A stretch of 18,218 bases of DNA from a bacterium. Its GTDB lineage: Bacteria > Krumholzibacteriota > Krumholzibacteriia > G020349025. The position numbers and the translations under genes were made by a program. Positions 8,584 through 16,548 of this stretch are shown here, one piece after another. The stretch's first letter is position 1. Each line of letters begins with the position of its first letter. The stretch covers positions 1 to 18,218 of the forward strand of contig JANLSU010000028.1 of NCBI GenBank assembly GCA_031362565.1, read 5' to 3'. The notes below the pieces were generated by a model. That model ran no database searches and had not been told where the DNA came from. It worked only from the letters and a program-made list of their open reading frames with translations.

Positions 8584-9174
8584 TTAGCGGTGCTTCGTCA
8601 GGTAGCTGCGCATGCCCTCGGGGCTGGCCTTCATCGTGTCCTGGCCTTCGTCCCAGTCGGCCGGGCACACTTCGCCTTCGTGCGACGTCACGTACTGGAA
8701 CGCCTTCAGCGTCCGCAGTGCTTCGAGCGCCGAACGGCCCACCGGCAGATTGTTGACGACCGAGTTCATGATCGTGCCCTTGGGGTCGATCAAGAACGAA
8801 CCGCGGAGCGCGATCCCGGCGTTCTCGTCCAACACACCGTAGGCGCGGCACATGGTCTTGCTGACGTCGCCGAGGAGCGGATAGGCCAGGCTGCCGCCGA
8901 GGCCGCCTTCCTCCGTCTTCGACTCGACCCACGCTTTATGCACGAACTTCGAGTCCACCGACACGCCAAGCACTTGGCAACCACGCTCGGAGAATTCGGC
9001 GGCGTGCTTCGAAAAGCTGAGCACTTCGGTCGGACACACAAACGTGAAGTCCAACGGGTAGAACAGCAGGTAGACCCACTTGCCGTTCAGAGATTTGAGC
9101 GAAACGGGTTCGAACTTGTTCTTGAAGTAGCCGTCCACCGTGAAATCGGGTGCCGGCTTGCCGACCAATGTCAT
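8584..9174 (-). CDS. ahpC: typical 2-Cys peroxiredoxin (AhpC/Prx1)
   Basis: FYPLDFTFVCPTE (peroxidatic Cys) and GEVCPADW (resolving Cys); 196 aa from ATG 9174 with SD GAGGAG. It is the C-terminal part of the 1016-aa track ORF. Confidence 0.96.
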   Translation of the reverse strand: MTLVGKPAPDFTVDGYFKNKFEPVSLKSLNGKWVYLLFYPLDFTFVCPTEVLSFSKHAAEFSERGCQVLGVSVDSKFVHKAWVESKTEEGGLGGSLAYPLLGDVSKTMCRAYGVLDENAGIALRGSFLIDPKGTIMNSVVNNLPVGRSALEALRTLKAFQYVTSHEGEVCPADWDEGQDTMKASPEGMRSYLTKHR

Positions 9175-9228
9175 GCGGGCTTCACTCCTCGGTGCAGGGT
9201 CTGGCGAGCGACCGCTTCGCCGGCTGGG

Positions 9229-9267
9229 ACCATAGCACGAAACCGCCCCAGTTTGGACAGTGTCTAA
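9229..9267 (-). promoter_or_regulatory. ahpC extended -10 with an upstream 7-1-7 palindrome
   Basis: Minus strand TGcTATGGT (9237-9229); TTGGACA-G-TGTCTAA at 9253-9267 over the expected -35 position. Confidence 0.45.
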
Positions 9268-9316
9268 TTCGGGCTGGCCCGCCGCCGGGGCCCCGAAACC
9301 CGCACCAGGCCTACAC

Positions 9317-9345
9317 TTGTGGGCCCCCCGGACGCGTGGTAGAGT
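9317..9345 (+). promoter_or_regulatory. sigma70-type promoter of the liv operon
   Basis: TTGTGG (9317-9322), 17 nt, TAGAGT (9340-9345) with an extended TG. Confidence 0.5.
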
Positions 9346-9387
9346 GCTCGCGGTTTTTTTACCGACCATCCCTGACGTGAGGTGATC

Positions 9388-10554
9388 ATGCGCACGACGC
9401 TGGTAAGGGTGCTGCTCGCAGGTCTTTGTGTCGCGGCGATCGGCTGCAGCAAGAAGGGCGGCGGCGAAGGCGCCGGCGCGGGTGAAATCGTCATCGGGGA
9501 GTACGGCTCGCTGTCGGGCGAAAATGCGGCTTTCGGAACCTCGAGCGCCAACGGCGCGGCGATCGCGTTCGACGAGATCAACGCCGCGGGCGGCGTGCTG
9601 GGCAAAAAGGTGCGTGTCGTCACCGAGGACAACCAGAGCAAGACCGAGCAGGTCACGACGATCGTCAAGAAGCTCATCAACCAGGACAAGGCGGTTGCCA
9701 TCCTGGGCGAGGTCGCGTCGTCGCGGTCCATGGCCGGTTCGGCAGTCTGTGAAGAGGCGCAGATCCCGATGGTGTCGCCGTCCTCCACCAACCAGTACGT
9801 CACGGTCGACAAACGCACCGGCCTGGTGAAGCCCTACACTTTCCGCGTCTGCTTCATCGATCCCTTCCAGGGCACGGTCATGGCGCGTTTCGCGCACGGC
9901 AACCAGAAATACACCAAGGTGGCGATTCTCTACGACGTCAAGCAGGACTACAGCACCGGGCTCAAGCAATACTTCGAAGAGGAATTCAAGAAGCTGGGCG
10001 GCGAGATCGTCGCCACCGAATCGTATACCGGCGGCGACACCGACTTCCGCGCCCAGTTGACCTCGATCAAGAACGCCAACTCCGCCGCAATCTTCATTCC
10101 GGGCTATTACAACGATGCCGGCAACATCGCGCGCCAGGCACGCTCGCTCGGGCTCACCCAGCAATTCCTGGGCGGCGACGGCTGGAGCGATCCGGGCCTC
10201 TTCCCGTTGGGCGGCGACGCCATCGAGGGCACCTGCATTTCCGACCACTATTCGGCGGAGAATCCCGACCCGGTGGTGCAGAATTTCGTGACGCAGTACA
10301 AGCAGCGTTTCAACCAGGTGCCGAGCGGCCTGTCGGCCTGCGCCTATGACGCCGCCAAGATCCTGTGCGACGCGATTCAGCGCGCCGGCAGCACCCAGCC
10401 GAATGCCATTGCCTCGGCGCTCGCCGCAACCCAGAACTTCAAGGGCGCTACCGGCAACATTTCGATCAACGAGCTGCACAACGCCGTGAAACCGATCACG
10501 GTCGTCACGTGCGCGAACGGCGCCTTCAAATACGTCACGACCATCAACCCCTGA
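9388..10554 (+). CDS. livK: branched-chain amino-acid ABC transporter substrate-binding lipoprotein (LivK/LivJ/BraC family)
   Basis: Lipobox AIGC; INAAGGVLGKK, FRVCFIDPFQG, DTDFRAQLT, GGDGW, AYDA motifs; SD GAGGTG before ATG 9388. Confidence 0.92.
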   Translation: MRTTLVRVLLAGLCVAAIGCSKKGGGEGAGAGEIVIGEYGSLSGENAAFGTSSANGAAIAFDEINAAGGVLGKKVRVVTEDNQSKTEQVTTIVKKLINQDKAVAILGEVASSRSMAGSAVCEEAQIPMVSPSSTNQYVTVDKRTGLVKPYTFRVCFIDPFQGTVMARFAHGNQKYTKVAILYDVKQDYSTGLKQYFEEEFKKLGGEIVATESYTGGDTDFRAQLTSIKNANSAAIFIPGYYNDAGNIARQARSLGLTQQFLGGDGWSDPGLFPLGGDAIEGTCISDHYSAENPDPVVQNFVTQYKQRFNQVPSGLSACAYDAAKILCDAIQRAGSTQPNAIASALAATQNFKGATGNISINELHNAVKPITVVTCANGAFKYVTTINP

Positions 10555-10560
10555 GCCAAG

Positions 10561-11553
10561 ATGCTGCAACAGCTGGTGAACGGCATCGCGCTCGGGAGCG
10601 TGTACGCGCTCATCGCTCTCGGCTACACGATGGTGTACGGCGTGCTGCGGCTGATCAACTTCGCGCACGGTGACATCTACATGCTGGGCGCCTTCGTGGC
10701 CTACTACGCGGCGCGCTGGATGGGTGTCAGTAACGGTGCGTCGCCCATGGCCACGGCCGGCATTTTCCTGCTGGCAATGGCCGTTTGCGCCGCGATCGGC
10801 ATGGCGATCGAACGCCTGGCCTATCGGCCGCTCCGCGCCCTGCCGCGCCTGAACTCGCTCATCACGGCGATCGGTGTGTCGTTGCTGCTCGAGTTCGGCG
10901 GTCAGATGGTGTTCGGGCCGGACTACAAGCCGTTTCCGGCGGTCATCGCCGACCGCCCGGTGTTGTCGATTCAGCCGCAAACGGTGCCGCCACCGGTCCC
11001 GGGAGCAACGCCGGCTTGGGTGTTCGAAGTCGGCGGCACGCCGCGCGGCCACTTTCATGCCGGCGGCAACTGGAACCTGGTCATCACCAACATCCAGATC
11101 GCCATTCTCGTCGTGTCGCTCATCCTGATGGCGTCGCTCACCTATATCGTCAAGCGCACCAAAGTCGGGCGCGCCATGCGGGCGATTTCCTACGACATGC
11201 GGGCCGCGTCGCTCATGGGGATCACGACCGACAACGTCATCGGCTTCACGTTTGCCATCGGTTCGGCGCTCGCCGCCGCCGCCGGCATCCTGGACGCCAT
11301 CTACAAGCCGACGATCAATCCATTGATGGGCGTGTTGCCGGGGTTGAAGGCGTTCGTGGCTGCGGTGCTGGGTGGCATCGGCAACATCCCGGGCGCCGTG
11401 CTGGGCGGCATGCTGATGGGGCTCGCCGAGACCGCCGTTGTCGCGGCGGGCAAGTCCACGTACCGGGACGCGATCGCGTTTGCGATCCTGATCGTCGTGC
11501 TGCTCATCCGGCCGCGCGGACTCTTGGGTGCGGTCACCGAGGACAAGGTGTGA
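10561..11553 (+). CDS. livH: branched-chain amino-acid ABC transporter permease
   Basis: QQLVNGIALGSVYALIALGYTMVYGVLRLINFAHG; GLKAFVAAVLGGIGNIPGA. Confidence 0.95.
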   Translation: MLQQLVNGIALGSVYALIALGYTMVYGVLRLINFAHGDIYMLGAFVAYYAARWMGVSNGASPMATAGIFLLAMAVCAAIGMAIERLAYRPLRALPRLNSLITAIGVSLLLEFGGQMVFGPDYKPFPAVIADRPVLSIQPQTVPPPVPGATPAWVFEVGGTPRGHFHAGGNWNLVITNIQIAILVVSLILMASLTYIVKRTKVGRAMRAISYDMRAASLMGITTDNVIGFTFAIGSALAAAAGILDAIYKPTINPLMGVLPGLKAFVAAVLGGIGNIPGAVLGGMLMGLAETAVVAAGKSTYRDAIAFAILIVVLLIRPRGLLGAVTEDKV

Positions 11554-11596
11554 TGCGCCGCGTGGCTGCCTGCAACGCCAGCGCGCGGAGGCGCGG

Positions 11597-12814
11597 ATGA
11601 AGCTCGGCATCTTCGCGCGCCGCTCGGCGGCCACCGTGGCGTTGCTCGCCGTGCTCTACGGCGCGGACGCGCTTTTGACCCACACGGTGAACCCGTATAT
11701 CTATGACATCATCATTCGCATCGGCATCACGATCGTTTTAGCCGTGAGTTTGAATCTGATCAATGGGTTCACGGGGCAGTTCTCGCTCGGGCACGCGGGA
11801 TTCATGGCGGTGGGCGGCTACACGGCGGGCGCCATCACGTATCACCTGGGACCGCATTGGCTGGCGGCGGCGCCATTTCCAGAACCCGCGGCACAGGTTT
11901 GTTTGTTCGTGTTCGCGCTCCTGGCGGGTGCCGTCGCCGCGGCGCTTGCCGGGCTCGTCATTGGCGTGCCGTCGTTGCGACTCAAGGGGGACTACCTGGC
12001 GATCGCCACCCTTGGTTTCGGCGAAATCATCCGCGTCATGATCATCAACGTCGACCAGTTGCTGGCCACTTCACGCCCGGTCGCCGAACGCAACGATTTC
12101 ATGTTCATCGGCGGCGCCAAAGGCCTGTCGGGGATCCCGCACTATTCGAACTTCTTCTGGGTGTATTTGGCGGCGGTGTGTGTCGTGCTGATGGTGCGCA
12201 ACCTGGTGCATTCGTCGCACGGGCGGTCGTTCATCGCGGTGCGCGAGGACGAAGTCGCGGCTGGGGCCATGGGCATCGACACGACGCGCACCAAGGTACT
12301 GGCGTTCGTAATCGGGTCGGCGTGGGCCGGAATCGCCGGCGGCCTGCATGGGCACTTTATCCAGGGGCTCTATCCCAACGACTTCACGTTCTTGCAGTCC
12401 ATCGATATCGTCGTCGTGGTCGTGCTGGGCGGCACCGGCAGCATCACGGGTTCGGTGGTGACGGCCGGGCTCTTGCGGATTATCGAGAATGTGCTGCGGA
12501 CGTTTCCGGGCGCCGCGACCGTGCTGTATCTGTTCGTGCTGGGCGGAGCTTGGGTGTCGTACGCCCGCTTCCGCGCCCGGCGTGTCGTGTGGATCCTGCA
12601 GTTCTCGTTCTTCGCCGTCGTGCTGACCGTGCTCCTGGTCGTCGGCCACGACTGGATTCAGTCGCGCATCGCCTTCCTGCGCGGCGTTCTGTATGCGCTG
12701 TTGCTGATTTTGCTCATGCTGAACCGGCCCCAAGGGCTGCTGGGTAAGTCGGAGCTGACGATTGCCGGCGTGCGCCGGCTCTTCGCACGGGTTACGACCC
12801 GCAAGGCTGCGTGA
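11597..12814 (+). CDS. livM: branched-chain amino-acid ABC transporter permease
   Basis: SLNLINGFTGQFSLGHAGF, LRLKGDYLAIATLGFGEIIR, AVREDEVAA; SD GGAGG before ATG 11597. Confidence 0.94.
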   Translation: MKLGIFARRSAATVALLAVLYGADALLTHTVNPYIYDIIIRIGITIVLAVSLNLINGFTGQFSLGHAGFMAVGGYTAGAITYHLGPHWLAAAPFPEPAAQVCLFVFALLAGAVAAALAGLVIGVPSLRLKGDYLAIATLGFGEIIRVMIINVDQLLATSRPVAERNDFMFIGGAKGLSGIPHYSNFFWVYLAAVCVVLMVRNLVHSSHGRSFIAVREDEVAAGAMGIDTTRTKVLAFVIGSAWAGIAGGLHGHFIQGLYPNDFTFLQSIDIVVVVVLGGTGSITGSVVTAGLLRIIENVLRTFPGAATVLYLFVLGGAWVSYARFRARRVVWILQFSFFAVVLTVLLVVGHDWIQSRIAFLRGVLYALLLILLMLNRPQGLLGKSELTIAGVRRLFARVTTRKAA

Positions 12815-12821
12815 GGCCGCC

Positions 12822-13589
12822 ATGCCACTCTTGCAAATGAAGGGCTGCACGATCCGCTTCGGCGGCTTGACGGCGGTTTCGAACTGCAACCTGGCGCTCG
12901 AATCGCGTGAACTGGTGAGTGTGATCGGCCCGAATGGCGCCGGCAAGACGACGACCTTCAACATGGCGACCGGCGTCTACCGGCCAACCGAAGGCCGGGT
13001 CGAATTCGACGGGCGCGATATCACCGGCATGTCGCCGCACCGCATCGCGCGCTTGGGCATCGGCCGCACCTTCCAGAACATCCGGCTCTTCAAGGAAATG
13101 ACCGTCCTCGACAACGTCCGCACGTCGTGTTGTGCGAGCGCCGGCTACACGGTGCCGGATAGCGTCTTCCGCACCGGCCGCTTCGAATCCCGCGAACGCG
13201 AGATCGAGACCGAATCGCACCGCCTGCTCGACCTCTTGGAACTCGACCGGTGGTCGGGCGAGACGGCCAAGGCGCTCTGCTACGGCGACCAGCGCCGGCT
13301 CGAGATTGCGCGCGCCTTGGCGCTCCATCCGAAGCTCTTGCTCCTCGACGAGCCGACGTCGGGCATGAATCCCACCGAAACGCACGCCGTGACGCAGTTG
13401 GTGGCCTTCCTGCGCCGCGAGTTCGACTTGACGATCCTGCTCATCGAACACGACATGAGCCTCGTCATGTCGATCAGCGACCGGGTCGTGGTGCTGGATG
13501 GCGGCGTGACCATTGCCGAAGGCAAACCCGAGGCGATTCAGCGCAATCCCAAGGTCATCGAAGCCTATCTCGGGGAGCCCGGCGAATGA
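12822..13589 (+). CDS. livG: branched-chain amino-acid ABC transporter ATPase
   Basis: Walker A GPNGAGKTT, RTFQNIRLF, YGDQRRLEIARAL, LLLLDEP, VIEAYLG. Confidence 0.95.
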   Translation: MPLLQMKGCTIRFGGLTAVSNCNLALESRELVSVIGPNGAGKTTTFNMATGVYRPTEGRVEFDGRDITGMSPHRIARLGIGRTFQNIRLFKEMTVLDNVRTSCCASAGYTVPDSVFRTGRFESREREIETESHRLLDLLELDRWSGETAKALCYGDQRRLEIARALALHPKLLLLDEPTSGMNPTETHAVTQLVAFLRREFDLTILLIEHDMSLVMSISDRVVVLDGGVTIAEGKPEAIQRNPKVIEAYLGEPGE

Positions 13590-14296
13590 CGATGCTCGCG
13601 GTCGAGAACCTCGACGTGGCCTACGGGCTCATCCAGGCGCTGCATGCGGTGTCACTGCACGTCGAGCGTGGGGAGATCGTGACGCTCATCGGCGCCAATG
13701 GCGCGGGTAAGAGCACGACGCTCTTGGCCCTTTCGGGACTCCTGCCGACGCGTGCCGGGCGGGTGACGTTCGAGGGCCAGGACATCACGGCGCTGCCGCC
13801 GCACCGCCGCGTCGAACTCGGCATCGTGCAGGTGCCGGAAGGCCGGCGCGTCTTTGCCAACATGAGCGTGCACGAGAATCTCGAGCTGGGCGCCTACACG
13901 CGCAAGGACGGCAAGGCGGTCAAAGAGGATCTCCAGAAGATGATGGAGCTGTTTCCGATCCTAAAAGAGCGGCGCGCCCAACGCGCCGGCACTCTCTCCG
14001 GCGGCGAACAGCAGATGCTGGCCATGGCGCGGGCGCTCATGGGGCGGCCGAAACTGTTGCTCTTGGACGAGCCCTCCCTAGGGCTGGCGCCGCTCATCGT
14101 GCGCAAGATCTTCGAGCTGATCCGCGACATCAACCAGCAGGGCACGACGGTTTTTCTGGTCGAGCAGAATGCCCACATGGCGCTTCAGGTGGCGCACCGG
14201 GGTTACGTTCTCCAGACAGGCCAGGTCATCCTCACCGACAAGGCCGCTGCGCTCATGCAGCACCCGGACGTGCGAAAAGCCTATTTGGGGGGCTGA
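13586..14296 (+). CDS. livF: branched-chain amino-acid ABC transporter ATPase
   Basis: GANGAGKST, VPEGRRVF, LSGGEQQMLA, DEPSLGLAP, VEQNA; ATGA overlap with livG. Confidence 0.95.
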   Translation: MTMLAVENLDVAYGLIQALHAVSLHVERGEIVTLIGANGAGKSTTLLALSGLLPTRAGRVTFEGQDITALPPHRRVELGIVQVPEGRRVFANMSVHENLELGAYTRKDGKAVKEDLQKMMELFPILKERRAQRAGTLSGGEQQMLAMARALMGRPKLLLLDEPSLGLAPLIVRKIFELIRDINQQGTTVFLVEQNAHMALQVAHRGYVLQTGQVILTDKAAALMQHPDVRKAYLGG

Positions 14297-14311
14297 CGGG
14301 CGGGAGGGGGC

Positions 14312-14365
14312 GGGCCCGGCCTGGGTCGCCCAGCGACCCGGGGCAAGCCTCCGGGGCCCTTTAAT
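14312..14365 (+). terminator. probable terminator of the liv operon
   Basis: Core GGGTCGC-cca-GCGACCC (14323-14339) inside GGGCCC...GGGCCC, followed by TTTAATT. Confidence 0.4.
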
Positions 14366-14460
14366 TAACTTCTGAAATGACAATTTCTTAACTCCCAATC
14401 GCCGCACGGCGGCGGAGGTGCCAAGCGGCCCGGAAACCCCCTCCGGACGCCAAAAAACGC

Positions 14461-14490
14461 TTGAGTAACAGGCCCAGCCGTGCCTAAGAT
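14461..14490 (+). promoter_or_regulatory. sigma70-type promoter of the lipoprotein gene
   Basis: TTGAGT (14461-14466), 18 nt, TAAGAT (14485-14490), preceded by an A-tract (CAAAAAA). Confidence 0.5.
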
Positions 14491-14603
14491 GCCCCGCTGG
14501 CTGGCCTACCTTTCGCGGTACTCGACCGCGCGGTTCGAGCCGCTGGAGAGATCGGCCAGCCGATTCTTATTACCCCACGTGAATACAAGGAGTGGATGAA
14601 CCG

Positions 14604-15212
14604 ATGCGTAAGATGAAGATCGCGATGCCCATCCTGATGGTTGGGCTCGCGGTGGTGATGGGCTGCGCGAAGCCTCCCCAAGCGGATATCGATGCTGCGA
14701 AGGCATCTGTCACGGCAGCGCGCGATGCGGGGGCGGCGGACTACGCTTCAGCGTCGTTGCGCGACGCCGAGAATTCTGTCGCCTCTCTCGATGCAGAGGT
14801 TGCGGCACAAACCAAGAAGTTCGCGTTGATGCGCTCGTACAAGCAGGCAGCCGTCCTGTCTGCACAGGCCAAGGCCGCGGGCGAGAAGGCCACTGCCGAC
14901 GCCACCGCCGGCAAGGAAAAGGCCAAGGCTGACGCCGAGGCTCTCCTGGCTCAGGCGAAGACGGCGATGGACGAGGCCAATGCCATGCTGGCGACCGCGC
15001 CGGCCGGCAAGGGTACCGCGATGGAGATCGAGGCCATGAAGACCGACATGCAGACGGTCCAGACCTCGATCGCCGAGGGCGAGCAGGCGCATGCGGCCGG
15101 CCGCTTCCTGGAGAGCAAGGCCAAGTTCGAGGCGGCGCTCAACCAGGCCACCGGCGTGAAGACTGCCATCGAGCAGGCCAAGGAAATGAAGATGGGTAAG
15201 AAGAAGGCCTGA
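14604..15212 (+). CDS. Ala/Lys-rich all-helical lipoprotein, DUF4398-like
   Basis: MRKMKIAMPILMVGLAVVMG-C lipoprotein signal (Cys codon 14664); PPQADIDAAKASVTAARDAGAADYA..LRDAE fits the DUF4398 pattern; ends MGKKKA; SD AAGGAG; strongly G/C-biased third codon positions. Confidence 0.85.
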   Translation: MRKMKIAMPILMVGLAVVMGCAKPPQADIDAAKASVTAARDAGAADYASASLRDAENSVASLDAEVAAQTKKFALMRSYKQAAVLSAQAKAAGEKATADATAGKEKAKADAEALLAQAKTAMDEANAMLATAPAGKGTAMEIEAMKTDMQTVQTSIAEGEQAHAAGRFLESKAKFEAALNQATGVKTAIEQAKEMKMGKKKA

Positions 15213-15226
15213 GCCTTCTGGTTCCC

Positions 15227-15259
15227 AGGCGCACCGTCCGATGGGCGGTGCGCCTTTTT
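15227..15259 (+). terminator. intrinsic terminator after the lipoprotein gene
   Basis: AGGCGCACCGTCC-gat-GGGCGGTGCGCCT followed by TTTTCGTTT. Confidence 0.9.
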
Positions 15260-15342
15260 CGTTTCCAGGAGCCTGATTCTTGGCTACGGTGGCACCCGAC
15301 CTGCACTGGCTCACGAGGCACCCTCTCCGTATACTCGGACGA

Positions 15343-16548
15343 ATGAAACGACGACACTTGAACCGATTCCAGATCCGCAGACTGCGTCGGGCGTCGCGCC
15401 GGACGCGAGCCCTCGTGCTGGGCGGCGTGACCGCTCTTGGCATCGTGGCCATTCTGCCCATCCTGACCGGGCGGACGACGCCGCGTTGGTTCGCCCTCGA
15501 GTCGGCCCGGCAGGCGGTCGTGCAGGCCCAGAACACGAACGCCGACGACTGGGCGCCGGGCGATCTGCGCCAGGCGGAAGCCATGTTCCAGGTGGCGCGG
15601 ATCGAGCACCGGCACCAGGAACTGCGGATTCTGCCGCTCCGCGACTTCACCCAGGCGGAGTTGCTGCTGCGGGAGGCCGAGCGCTTGGCGTCGGCCACGT
15701 CGGCGCACTCGCTCCGCGTGCGCCAGGCGACGCGCGACTCGGCCCGCGTGGCGATCACCCGGGCGGCGGATTCGGTCGGCAAGGGTGTGGCGTTCTCGGA
15801 GGCCATGCACCTGGCGGTTTACGATCGCCGGCTGCTCACCAGTTCGCGCTTGGCGCTCGAGGAGGCGGAACTTCTGCACCGCCGAGGCGAGTACACCCTG
15901 GCGACGAAGCGCGCCCTGGCGGCAGGCAGCCAAGCGGAGCGCGTCAGCGGCCGGGCCGCCCAGGCGGCGTCGCGCTATACCGATGCCGGGCTGGTGCAGA
16001 ACTGGCGCCAGTGGATGAAGGAGACAATCTCCTGGTCGGAGCGCAGCGGTGCCGCGGCCATCGTCGTCCAAAAGGACAAACACGAACTGACGGTGTATGC
16101 GCGCGGCAAGGCCGTAAAGACGTATCGTGTCGAACTGGGATTCAACTCGATCGGTAACAAGTGGCGCGCCGGGGACTCGGCGACGCCCGAGGGCCGCTAT
16201 CACATTACGGCCAAGAAGCCGGCGGGCCAGTCGGGGTACCATATGGCGCTCTTGCTCGATTACCCGAACGCCGAGGACCGGCGCCGTTTTGACGCGGCGC
16301 GCCGGGTGGGGCGCTTGCCGCGCAACGCGTCACTCGGCAGCTTGATCGAGATTCACGGTGAAGGCGGCCGCGGCAAAGACTGGACGAAGGGTTGCGTCGC
16401 GCTTGCCAATGACGACATCGACGACCTTTTCAAGCGCATCGGCGTCGGCACCCCGGTGACGATCGTCGGTGGCGACGGCAACGGTGGCACGTACACGAAA
16501 CTCGTGGGCATGCACCGCGCCGAACCGACCAGCGCGGGATTGGATTGA
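15343..16548 (+). CDS. membrane-anchored YkuD-domain protein, YafK/DpaA (LdtF)-like, with an N-terminal helical DUF4398-like stalk
   Basis: Basic N-terminus plus TM helix; KWRAGDSATPEGRY, YHMALLLDYPNAED, catalytic IEIHG...DWTKGCVAL (His codon 16354, Cys codon 16393), GVGTPVTI. Start taken at ATG 15343. Confidence 0.9.
   Translation: MKRRHLNRFQIRRLRRASRRTRALVLGGVTALGIVAILPILTGRTTPRWFALESARQAVVQAQNTNADDWAPGDLRQAEAMFQVARIEHRHQELRILPLRDFTQAELLLREAERLASATSAHSLRVRQATRDSARVAITRAADSVGKGVAFSEAMHLAVYDRRLLTSSRLALEEAELLHRRGEYTLATKRALAAGSQAERVSGRAAQAASRYTDAGLVQNWRQWMKETISWSERSGAAAIVVQKDKHELTVYARGKAVKTYRVELGFNSIGNKWRAGDSATPEGRYHITAKKPAGQSGYHMALLLDYPNAEDRRRFDAARRVGRLPRNASLGSLIEIHGEGGRGKDWTKGCVALANDDIDDLFKRIGVGTPVTIVGGDGNGGTYTKLVGMHRAEPTSAGLD

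Noticed and set aside
1747..8756. Long plus-strand ORFs (514, 412, 391, 661 aa and others) opposite the efflux operon
   Set aside because: Stop-poor antisense or alternative frames typical of high-GC genes; no recognisable motifs, and fully overlapping well-supported genes.
8584..11634. 1016-aa minus-strand ORF as a giant peroxiredoxin fusion
   Set aside because: Only the last 196 aa are AhpC, which has its own SD and ATG at 9174. The rest is the antisense shadow of livK/livH plus the intergenic region.
14604..15212. Calling the lipoprotein lpp or oprI
   Set aside because: It is much longer than either, with no recognisable sequence similarity and a terminal Ala. Only a functional analogy is proposed.
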